Shown piece by piece: positions 48,162 to 57,068 of a DNA stretch of 64,000 bases. Source of the DNA: an uncultured Candidatus Saccharibacteria bacterium. GTDB lineage: Bacteria; Patescibacteriota; Saccharimonadia; Saccharimonadales; CAIOMD01. Made by a program: the position numbers and the translations under genes. Position 1 is the first letter of the stretch. Every line of letters begins with the position of its first letter. Under the pieces are notes generated by a model. It saw nothing but the letters and a program-made list of their open reading frames with translations. It had not been told where the DNA came from and did not search any database. Location: the NCBI GenBank assembly GCA_964566135.1, contig CAZMHM010000002.1, positions 66,309-130,308 of the forward strand, read 5' to 3'.

Positions 48162-49400
48162 ATGTTACGCAAGCACCTTGTCGTCGTAGGCAGCGGATGG
48201 GCCGGTCTCCGGTTAGTTCGTGAACTCAAGGACGTTTCCAATACAAAAATACGCATTACATTAGTTTCAGATATAAGCACATTCCGTTATAGCGCCGCTC
48301 TCTACCGCGTTGCAACTGGCCGCCGCGAGCGTGAAGCAATTATTCCACTCGGAGAAGTCCTTGACGATTTGCCAAATGTTACATTTGTCAAAGCAAGCTT
48401 AAAGACAATTGATCGGGCAGCAAAGACACTTACAATGGCTGACGGCAAAACATTGCATTACGACTATGCTGTGCTAGCGCTCGGCGTTGTAACAAGCTAT
48501 TTTGGCATACCAGGGCTCGAGAAATGGTCATACAGTATTAAAACAAGTCGCGAGCTTCGACTATTACGAACACATCTACACCAAGAACTTATGAATGAGC
48601 ATGCACCTGACAAAAATTACGTCGTTATTGGTGCCGGACCTACAGGGGTAGAGCTATCTGCAGCGCTCACGTCGTATATGAAAGAAGTTGTCAAAAAACA
48701 TGGGCTTCCAAGACGTCGCATCAACATCAGCCTTGTAGAGGCAGCACCGCGGGTACTGCCAAATAGTGACGCCCGGGTATCAAAAAAGGCTGCCCAGCAT
48801 TTACGCAAACTTGGCGTCAAAGTCTTACTCAGTAAAAAAGTTGAAGGCGAAACCGGTGATCAGCTTATTGTGAGTGGCAAAACCATTCCAACAAGAACTG
48901 TAGTCTGGACCGCAGGTGTAACAAATAATCCATTTTACGAGGCAAATCAGAGCGAGTTCACCCTCAACGAGCGTCGAAAGGTAGTTGTTGATGACCATCT
49001 ACGCGTTGATAATTCCGTATATGTCATTGGCGATAATGCTGATACACCCCACTCAGGACTTGGCTTAACTGCTGTTCATAATGCTCGATATGTTGGTATG
49101 GATATTAAGAAGCGACTTGCAGATGCAAAACATACCCCACCATACAAACCGATGACCCCCGCTACTGCAGTGCCAGTTGGACCTCGTTGGGGGGTGTTCC
49201 AATACCACTCGATAATATTATGGGGTATACCCGCAGCAATCCTACGAAGCCTTGCGGATTTAGTTGCCTATAATGACATTGTTGGGCCGTTAAAAGCGGT
49301 AAAAATTTGGCTGCGTAGTGATAGCCGCGAAGAAATTTGTACGATATGCCAAACCGCACTTGAAAACGAGCATAAAGGTTCGGTGCTACAAACGCACTAG
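48162..49400 (+). CDS. type II NADH dehydrogenase-like FAD/NAD(P) oxidoreductase
   Basis: Two Rossmann motifs VVVGSGWAG and VVIGAGPTGVE. Confidence 0.85.
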   Translation: MLRKHLVVVGSGWAGLRLVRELKDVSNTKIRITLVSDISTFRYSAALYRVATGRREREAIIPLGEVLDDLPNVTFVKASLKTIDRAAKTLTMADGKTLHYDYAVLALGVVTSYFGIPGLEKWSYSIKTSRELRLLRTHLHQELMNEHAPDKNYVVIGAGPTGVELSAALTSYMKEVVKKHGLPRRRINISLVEAAPRVLPNSDARVSKKAAQHLRKLGVKVLLSKKVEGETGDQLIVSGKTIPTRTVVWTAGVTNNPFYEANQSEFTLNERRKVVVDDHLRVDNSVYVIGDNADTPHSGLGLTAVHNARYVGMDIKKRLADAKHTPPYKPMTPATAVPVGPRWGVFQYHSIILWGIPAAILRSLADLVAYNDIVGPLKAVKIWLRSDSREEICTICQTALENEHKGSVLQTH

Positions 49401-51241
49401 TATTTGTCTTGATGTGCTCTAAGCGCATTAACAATAACAATAATATCTACAAGTTCCTGAAGCATTGCGCCATACACTGGCTTTATGACACCCGTCACGC
49501 CCGCTAATACCATTAGTCCAATACTAAGCCCAATGCCAACAAATATACTTTGTTTTGCAATCACTATCGACCGATGGCTAATGTGCACGCTGTCAGCTAC
49601 CTTGCCAAAATCATCAAGCATAATAACGACATCGGCTGTTTCGCTCGCGGCCGTAGAGCCTTTCGCGCCAAGCGCAATACCAACATCAGCAGCAGCAAGC
49701 GATGGAGCATCATTAATACCATCACCAACAAATGCAAGCGGACTGTGACGCTTTTGGAATTTTTTCAGAGCACTCAACTTGTCTGCGGGTAAAAGCTCTG
49801 CCACAACATGTGTTATGCCCACTTTCTGGGCAATGCGTTCTGCGACACTTCTTTTATCGCCAGTAAGCATCATCATGTTACGAACATGATCTCGCTTAAG
49901 TCGAGAAATCGTTTCGGCCGTCTCAGGCCGTAAACTATCACTAAACGTTACAGCTCCTATATACACGCCGTCCAAAGCTATAAAAACAGCTGTCTCGCCT
50001 TCTGCGTCGCCTAATTGTTTTCCGGAGGGCAGTGTAATCCCAGCTTCATGTAAAAAAGCATATTTGCCAACCATGAGTTGTTGCTTGGCAAGGTGTGCCG
50101 TAATTCCGCTACCAATTTTTTCTTCTACACTTCGAACATCTCTAAGTGCGAGCTTTTGTCGTTTCGCTTCCTCAACTACCGCATGAGCTAATGTATGGCC
50201 CGAATGGCTTTCGGCACTCGCAGCAAGCACAAGGAGCTCGTTAGCCGAAATCTGCTTGCCATGCGGAATAATATGTTGAACTGCAGGCGTACCCCGAGTC
50301 AGGGTGCCAGTTTTATCAAAAGCAATCGCCCTTAGCCGTGCTAATGTTTCAAGAGCGGCGCCATTCTTAATAATAATTCCGTGTTTTGCTGCTCGGCTCA
50401 TACCAGAGACTATCGCTACTGGCGTAGCAATCAGTAACGGACAGGGCGTAGCGACTACAAGCACTTCTAGTGCGCGCACGGGATTACCAGAAAAAATCCA
50501 AGCAACTCCTGCAATCAAAAAAGCCACAGCCGTAAACTGCAAGCTATACGTATCAGCCAGACGAACAAGCGGTGATCTACTTGATGCAGCCTCAGAAACC
50601 ATAGCGATAATTTGTTCATATTGGCTTTCGTGACTGGTTTTTTGCGCTTTAATTTCTAAAACAGCCTGCTGATTAATACTACCGCTCATCACTAGATCGG
50701 CTTTTTTCTTATCAATCGGCATACTCTCGCCCGTTAAGGCAGACTCGTCCACAAGGCTAAAACCACTCACAATAATGCCGTCAACCGGAATTACTTCTCC
50801 TGGCTTAATCCGTAGAATATCGCCGACCTGAACCGTGCCGATTGCAACATCCTTGAATGTTTTACCAAACTTCTTATGTGCAATCTTTGGAGCACGTTTT
50901 AAGAGCTCATTAAGTTCTTTTTTTGCTCGTTCTTGGGCAAAGTCCTCTAAGGCTTCGCCCCCAGTCAACATAAAGATAATAACAATAGCAGCTAGATACT
51001 CGCCAAGCGCCAGCGAAGCCGTCACTGCGGTAACGGCCAACAAGTCTAGGCCGTACTCTTTTTTGGCTATCGACTTTACCATATCAACGACAATTGGAAG
51101 CAATACTACAATTGATGTAGCAGCATAAAGAATATTGGCGATTGTTTTATAGCCTGCAGCATACAGCGCGAGGCCAATACAAAGAATCAGAATTACTGAT
51201 GCAAAAGTTTTATATCGTAAAATAGCATTTTTAATAGTCAC
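49397..51241 (-). CDS. P-type cation-transporting ATPase (P1B-like, CPx motif)
   Basis: DKTGTLT, TGDN-like, GDGINDAPSL; TPCP in TM6. Confidence 0.9.
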   Translation of the reverse strand: MTIKNAILRYKTFASVILILCIGLALYAAGYKTIANILYAATSIVVLLPIVVDMVKSIAKKEYGLDLLAVTAVTASLALGEYLAAIVIIFMLTGGEALEDFAQERAKKELNELLKRAPKIAHKKFGKTFKDVAIGTVQVGDILRIKPGEVIPVDGIIVSGFSLVDESALTGESMPIDKKKADLVMSGSINQQAVLEIKAQKTSHESQYEQIIAMVSEAASSRSPLVRLADTYSLQFTAVAFLIAGVAWIFSGNPVRALEVLVVATPCPLLIATPVAIVSGMSRAAKHGIIIKNGAALETLARLRAIAFDKTGTLTRGTPAVQHIIPHGKQISANELLVLAASAESHSGHTLAHAVVEEAKRQKLALRDVRSVEEKIGSGITAHLAKQQLMVGKYAFLHEAGITLPSGKQLGDAEGETAVFIALDGVYIGAVTFSDSLRPETAETISRLKRDHVRNMMMLTGDKRSVAERIAQKVGITHVVAELLPADKLSALKKFQKRHSPLAFVGDGINDAPSLAAADVGIALGAKGSTAASETADVVIMLDDFGKVADSVHISHRSIVIAKQSIFVGIGLSIGLMVLAGVTGVIKPVYGAMLQELVDIIVIVNALRAHQDKY

Positions 51242-51285
51242 AGCTATTAATAATACCTCATTGCGGTGCTCTAGTGGTACTGAAT

Positions 51286-52275
51286 TTATGCTGCATGTAA
51301 GACAACTAAAAAGGTTGTGCCCTTTTTAGAGGTTTTTTCGACGCGAATCACACCATCATGCAAATCAACGATTTTTTTAGCGATAGATAAGCCAAGGCCA
51401 TAACCGCCGGTGTCGTGCTTGGTTCTAGATGAATCAGCACGGTAAAATCTATCAAAAATATGCTCGATATCTTCTTTAGCAATACCTACACCTTGGTCTT
51501 TTACGCGAATTTCAACGTGATTATTCGGCGATTTCAGTGTGACCTCAATAGTAGTTTTTTGGTCGCTGTATTTAATTGCATTGTCGAGTAAGATTGCGAC
51601 TACTTCTGCTATCGCGCCAGTGTCTCCCTTTGCGGTAGCATTTATAGAGTCAGCAAAGCTAAGGGTGACCTTCTTTGCATCGGCTTGCTTAGATACATGG
51701 TCAACTGCAAGCTCAATTGATTCGGCAACATTTGCTTTTGATTGCGTGAGTTTCTGGCCATTGTTTTGCGCAAGACGTAATAAGCCATCTGATAGCCTTC
51801 TAAGTTTTTCTACTTCTTCTAAATTGCTTTCAAGTAACTCTTTGGCTTCCTCTTTTGTAAGGTTTTTGTCACGTAAAGCTACTTCAATTTCTGTTTGCAT
51901 GGCGGTAAGCGGCGTTCTAAGCTCATGACTGGCATCAGCCGTGAATCTCATCTGAGATTCCATTGCTTCTTCGATTGGCTCAAGTGTTTTACGCGCCAAC
52001 AAATAGCTTGCTGCAAATCCTGCACCAAACGTAATAATATTCAGTAATACGAGGTTGCTTTTAAGATTTTGCCTTCCCTCACTTAAACGAGTTTCGCGAA
52101 AAGCATCAAAATTATAATAACTAGTTTCTCGGAATACCGGTTCACCGGGTCGACGCAAACCTCGGTTTAATTCTCCGTCAGATATGTGATATAACGTCAC
52201 ACTGAATGCTATACTCAGCGCCATAATGATGAATAAATACGCAAATGTCAGTTTTAAAACAGCAGAACGAATCAC
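51286..52275 (-). CDS. sensor histidine kinase
   Basis: H-box ADASHELRTPL; N, G1, G2 boxes in HATPase domain. Confidence 0.85.
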   Translation of the reverse strand: MIRSAVLKLTFAYLFIIMALSIAFSVTLYHISDGELNRGLRRPGEPVFRETSYYNFDAFRETRLSEGRQNLKSNLVLLNIITFGAGFAASYLLARKTLEPIEEAMESQMRFTADASHELRTPLTAMQTEIEVALRDKNLTKEEAKELLESNLEEVEKLRRLSDGLLRLAQNNGQKLTQSKANVAESIELAVDHVSKQADAKKVTLSFADSINATAKGDTGAIAEVVAILLDNAIKYSDQKTTIEVTLKSPNNHVEIRVKDQGVGIAKEDIEHIFDRFYRADSSRTKHDTGGYGLGLSIAKKIVDLHDGVIRVEKTSKKGTTFLVVLHAA

Positions 52276-52952
52276 GACTTTATTCCAAAGACATACCCAA
52301 AGCCTCGTTGCGTATGAATGAGTTGGTTACCCTTGAATGGTTTTTCAATTTTATTGCGTAAGTATCCCATATAGACTTCCACCGTATTTGGTAGAATGTC
52401 AGCATCAAAGTCCCACACATGACTCATTATTGCATCTTTAGATAAAACACGATTTTGGTTTCGCATTAGATACTCTAACAGTGCAAATTCGCGTCTTGAT
52501 AAGCTAATATCAGAACCGGCTCTTTTAACGGTAAAAGCGGCGGGGTCTAATATTAAATCATCAGTTGTAAGCACGGTGCTTTCTGTATCGTGAGGACGAC
52601 GTAACAAGGCTCTGATGCGTGCCAAGAGTTCTTCGAACGCGAATGGTTTAACTAAGTAATCATCGGCACCAGCATCAAGGCCTGCTACCCTATCTCGTAC
52701 TTGATCTTTAGCAGTCAAAAACAGTATTGGCGAATGATTGTCTGCCTCTCGAATAGCCTTACAAACACCAACTCCGTCCATACTCCCCGGAAGCATCCTG
52801 TCCAAAATAATGACATCGTACTCATCGGCAAGCGCACTCGCCAAACCAGAATCTGCGTCATAATTAACATCCACAGCGTACGACTCTTGCTCAAGCCCAC
52901 GCTTAATTGCATTGGCAATTTTATGTTCATCTTCAACAACTAGAATCCGCAT
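52272..52952 (-). CDS. OmpR-family response regulator
   Basis: MRILVVEDE receiver, winged-helix C-terminal domain. Confidence 0.9.
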   Translation of the reverse strand: MRILVVEDEHKIANAIKRGLEQESYAVDVNYDADSGLASALADEYDVIILDRMLPGSMDGVGVCKAIREADNHSPILFLTAKDQVRDRVAGLDAGADDYLVKPFAFEELLARIRALLRRPHDTESTVLTTDDLILDPAAFTVKRAGSDISLSRREFALLEYLMRNQNRVLSKDAIMSHVWDFDADILPNTVEVYMGYLRNKIEKPFKGNQLIHTQRGFGYVFGIKS

Positions 52953-52994
52953 AATCATATTGTACGCCAAGTTGCCTGAGATTAGGCTGAACAC

Positions 52995-54386
52995 TTACAA
53001 GTCATTAATAAGTGCATAGAACATAAATATCGCAGCCGAAAGCATTACGACAAACGCCATACGCACAAAGAAATTAGATAACAGTCCATTCTTATGCGAG
53101 CCCATGATTTCTTTGTTATTGCCGATTTTTGCAATCAATAATAGGAGTGGCACTGCTGCCACGCCGTTAAATACCGCCGAAAATACTAAAGCTTTAATTG
53201 GGTCGATACCTAAAAAGTTAATTGCAAGTCCCGTTAAGGTAGCGACGATAATTACTCCATAAAATCCTACCGCTCGCTTATATCGCCGATGCAGTCCCTC
53301 TTTCCAATGCAAAGTTTCGCTAATTGCGTACGATGAAGACCCTGCTAAAACAGGCACTGCAAGAAGCCCCAATCCCAAAATTCCAATCGAAAATATTATT
53401 TTTGCCACCAAACCCGCATTAGGGAAATTCTGCACAAGTGGCTCGAGTGCCTTCGCGGCATCTGCTGCAGAATTTATCTCGGTGACACCGCTTGCATTTA
53501 GTACCGATGCACATGTAATTACAATAAACCACGCGCCTAGCGTTGCAATGAGCATGCCCGTTAAATTATCTACTCGTAAATTATGCATAAACCGTTTTGT
53601 GATTTTGGGTTCTCGTTTTGCGCTCTCGGTAAGGCGATGGTGCATTATTTCATCCTCAACAACCTCAGACGTATCCCAAAAGAATAGGTATGGAGAAATC
53701 GTAGTGCCAAGCATGCCAACCAAGATGTATAACATTGCGCTATTAAAATGAATAGTCGGGTGAACGGTGGCCTCAATAACTTTCCCCCAATCTTGCCCAA
53801 CTAAAAAGGCAGTGATTGGATACGCCAGTAGCGCAAGCGCGAGCCATTTAAGAATTCGAGTATAGGTTTTATATTGAACAAAAACTTCAAGAAGCAGAAT
53901 TACGACCGCGTAAAAAATTGCCAACCAAGCAAAATTTATATCAACGAACAGCTGCGTCGTGGCTGCCATTGCACCAAGGTCTGCACCGATGTTTATCGTG
54001 TTGGCAATCACAACGAGCATAACGGCCCCATATAATAACTTTCGGCTGTAGTTGTCTCTAATTACTGCCGCTAAACCCTTACCAGTTATCGCCCCAATAC
54101 GCGCACATGATTCCTGGACAGCAAGAAGCATCGGAAACATAAATGGGAAAGCCCATAATAGTCCAAAGCCGTATAACGCTCCGGCTTGCGAATACGTTGC
54201 AATACCAGACGGGTCATCATCAGCCGCACCGGTAACAACGCCTGGGCCAAGCACACGCAAAAAACGGTTAAACCGTTTATAGCTGAGCATACTTTTGGCA
54301 ATATTTTTGGCGTGACGCTCAGATCTCACAATTTCGGTTTGAGCCTTCTTGAGCGTCTTCTGGGCAGCTGACTTTTTTTGTGTCAT
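52995..54386 (-). CDS. mntH: Nramp-family divalent metal transporter
   Basis: GPGVVTGAADDDPSGIATYSQAGA Nramp signature. Confidence 0.9.
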   Translation of the reverse strand: MTQKKSAAQKTLKKAQTEIVRSERHAKNIAKSMLSYKRFNRFLRVLGPGVVTGAADDDPSGIATYSQAGALYGFGLLWAFPFMFPMLLAVQESCARIGAITGKGLAAVIRDNYSRKLLYGAVMLVVIANTINIGADLGAMAATTQLFVDINFAWLAIFYAVVILLLEVFVQYKTYTRILKWLALALLAYPITAFLVGQDWGKVIEATVHPTIHFNSAMLYILVGMLGTTISPYLFFWDTSEVVEDEIMHHRLTESAKREPKITKRFMHNLRVDNLTGMLIATLGAWFIVITCASVLNASGVTEINSAADAAKALEPLVQNFPNAGLVAKIIFSIGILGLGLLAVPVLAGSSSYAISETLHWKEGLHRRYKRAVGFYGVIIVATLTGLAINFLGIDPIKALVFSAVFNGVAAVPLLLLIAKIGNNKEIMGSHKNGLLSNFFVRMAFVVMLSAAIFMFYALINDL

Positions 54387-54460
54387 ATATATGTAACCCT
54401 AGGGTTGTAAAAATAATATCATTCTTATGCTTATAAATACATGGCCGGCCACTCTGGCTA

Positions 54461-54489
54461 TTGACCGTTTGACTAAATTGTGCTAATAT
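54461..54489 (+). promoter_or_regulatory. sigma70-like promoter for DEAD-box helicase
   Basis: TTGACC -N17- TAATAT. Confidence 0.45.
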
Positions 54490-54587
54490 TAACAACATTG
54501 TTCTAATGAATCCGGGTTTGGTCGCTTGTTACTCGATTTCATTGTCGGCAATCAAGTAACCAAACTAAACTAAAGGATTCTTTTTTT

Positions 54588-55817
54588 ATGTATTCAAATA
54601 ATTCACGTTTTACGCGCCAACGGCGCGTCAGTGGCGGTAATCGTCAACAAAGCGGAAGCTATTCCGTAGGCGGTAATCGCTATAATTCTCGCCCAAAACG
54701 CGGGAACCAAAAACAAAACATTCACCCAAGTAAATTTATTAAACAGGCAAAACTCACTGAGCAGGCTGCATACGTTCCAACGCATTCATTCGCTGATTTT
54801 GAAATCAATGAGCTAATAAAAAACAATCTTATCGCTAAAGGATATGAGACCCCTTCTGCTATTCAGGACCAAGCTATTCCTCTTGCGCTGCAAGGCCGAG
54901 ACATAGTTGGAATTGCTAACACCGGTACAGGCAAGACTGCCGCTTTCGCTATTCCTATGCTTAACGCAATGCTTAACGATAAATCTAAGCGCGCACTTAT
55001 TATCGCGCCAACTCGTGAACTTGCCGAGCAAATCGAGCAAGAATGCCGTTCGTTCGCCAAGGGCAGTGGTCTATTTGGTACTCTGCTTATTGGTGGCGCC
55101 CCAATGGGTCCGCAGCTTCGTGATTTACGAGATCGACCAAATGTAGTCATTGGTACACCAGGACGAATTAAAGATCATGCCGAGCGCGGTACGTTACATC
55201 TCGAAGACTTCAGCATTGTTGTACTTGACGAGGTAGACCGTATGTTAGATATGGGCTTTATTAACGATATTCGTTTCTTGCTTGGAGAGACAAACCCTGT
55301 GCGCCAGTCGTTATTCTTCTCTGCTACGCTCGATCCAAAAATTAAGCAATTGATTGGTTCGTTCCTTACAGATCCAGAAACTATTTCTGTTCGTACAAGT
55401 GAAAACAGTGATAGCGTTCATCAAGATGTTATTTACTACGCTCATAACACTGAAAAAATCGATAAGCTCCATGACGTACTTATTACAGACGGTGTAGAAA
55501 AGATTATAATTTTTGATGAAACCAAGCGCGGCGTAGAGCGACTTGGTCAAGAGCTCCATAACCGTGGCTTTAAAGTTGACGCCCTACACGGGGATAAAAC
55601 GCAAGGTCAACGCGCTAAGGCAATGCGTCGTTTTAAGAATAATGAGATTAATGTTCTCGTTGCTACCGACGTTGCAGCTCGCGGTATTGATGTCGCCGAC
55701 ATAACGCATGTTATCAACTACTCAACACCGAACACATACGACGACTATACGCACCGTATCGGTCGCGCAGGTCGTGCTGGTAAGATTGGCTACGCCTTAA
55801 CGTTTGTCAATAAATAA
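54588..55817 (+). CDS. DEAD-box ATP-dependent RNA helicase
   Basis: Q-motif, GTGKT, DEVD, SAT, HRIGRAGR; basic Gly/Arg-rich N-terminus. Confidence 0.95.
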   Translation: MYSNNSRFTRQRRVSGGNRQQSGSYSVGGNRYNSRPKRGNQKQNIHPSKFIKQAKLTEQAAYVPTHSFADFEINELIKNNLIAKGYETPSAIQDQAIPLALQGRDIVGIANTGTGKTAAFAIPMLNAMLNDKSKRALIIAPTRELAEQIEQECRSFAKGSGLFGTLLIGGAPMGPQLRDLRDRPNVVIGTPGRIKDHAERGTLHLEDFSIVVLDEVDRMLDMGFINDIRFLLGETNPVRQSLFFSATLDPKIKQLIGSFLTDPETISVRTSENSDSVHQDVIYYAHNTEKIDKLHDVLITDGVEKIIIFDETKRGVERLGQELHNRGFKVDALHGDKTQGQRAKAMRRFKNNEINVLVATDVAARGIDVADITHVINYSTPNTYDDYTHRIGRAGRAGKIGYALTFVNK

Positions 55818-55838
55818 GACTAAGCAGTACTTACATAT

Positions 55839-55870
55839 AATAACCGCCCATAAGGCGGTTATTATATTTT
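55839..55870. terminator. rho-independent terminator between helicase and ackA
   Basis: AATAACCGCC-CATAA-GGCGGTTATT followed by ATATTTT. Confidence 0.65.
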
Positions 55871-57068
55871 ACGATTGGTTGTGTGCCAGCGCATGATTCG
55901 CGCGCCACGCAATTTCATATGATTCGTCTGTCGTAACAACAATAATGTTCTTTTGGCGGGTTCGTGGATTAATTTTTGTCGGAGTTGATGGCTCATATAC
56001 TGCATTGTTTATTGCAGGCTTGATAGTTAAGTTTAAGAACTCTAGGCCTTCGATTACCCGTTCGCGCACCGTCGCTGAACGAGCGCCAACAGTGCCGGTA
56101 AATACAAGCGTATCGACGCCACCAAGCACTGCCGCCATTTGCCCAATAGATTTCTTAACAGCATAGACGTACATTGCTAAGGCGAGCGTGGCACGATAAT
56201 TTCCTTGCAATTCAGCCTCAAGTAGCTCGCGTATATCATTTGAGAATCCACTAATACCGAGCAAACCACTCTGTTGATTCAGCACTATCTCAAGTTCATC
56301 ATCAGTAATGCCAAGTTGATGCTTCACCTCGTGTGCGGCAGCAATATCTATCGAACCACTCCGTGTAGCCATCAGGAGCCCCTCTAGCGGAGAATACCCC
56401 ATTGTCGTTTCGACACTCACACCGGACTTTACTGCCGTAACAGATGCGCCACTACCTAGGTGGCACACGATAAGCTTTTGTTCTAGTAATTGCTCTTTAG
56501 CTAACGTTTGCACGATTGATTCAACAGAAATGCCATGGTAGCCAAACCGCTTAATTTCATGTGCGTCAGCAAGCTCTAGTGAGATACCATAGTTCCACGC
56601 ATAGTCTGGTTTATTGGCATGAAACGCGCTGTCCGAAACACCAAATATCGGTACATTTGGTAGCGCTTTTTGCAGTACAGCAATTTCAGCCAACGAGGCT
56701 GCAATATGCAACGGCGCTCGTTTCACAAGACCTTCAAGCCTTTTTATTGCTGCCTTATCGATGAATCGGTGCCGCAAGAAATAACTTGTAGGCGCAACAA
56801 TACGCATGCCAATTACATCAATCGTTTGATCTGGTTTAATATAGCCAGCCTGCTTAAGAATATCGAGCACAGCGTGCGGTGCATCATGCAAGTCCTTGAC
56901 GCCTACGTCTACCGTCTGCACAACTTCCCCAGCAGTTAGCGTGCCCACAATTGTGCTTTTAACATGCTCAAAATGTATATCGGCAAGTAATCGCTTGCCT
57001 TTATACAGCGCATACTTTTTGCTTGCGCTACCAGGATTGACTACTAAAACTAACGATCCCACTGCCAT
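55869..57068 (-). CDS. ackA: acetate kinase
   Basis: VLVVNPGSASKKYALY N-terminus, ASKHP family motifs. Confidence 0.95.
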   Translation of the reverse strand: MAVGSLVLVVNPGSASKKYALYKGKRLLADIHFEHVKSTIVGTLTAGEVVQTVDVGVKDLHDAPHAVLDILKQAGYIKPDQTIDVIGMRIVAPTSYFLRHRFIDKAAIKRLEGLVKRAPLHIAASLAEIAVLQKALPNVPIFGVSDSAFHANKPDYAWNYGISLELADAHEIKRFGYHGISVESIVQTLAKEQLLEQKLIVCHLGSGASVTAVKSGVSVETTMGYSPLEGLLMATRSGSIDIAAAHEVKHQLGITDDELEIVLNQQSGLLGISGFSNDIRELLEAELQGNYRATLALAMYVYAVKKSIGQMAAVLGGVDTLVFTGTVGARSATVRERVIEGLEFLNLTIKPAINNAVYEPSTPTKINPRTRQKNIIVVTTDESYEIAWRANHALAHNQS

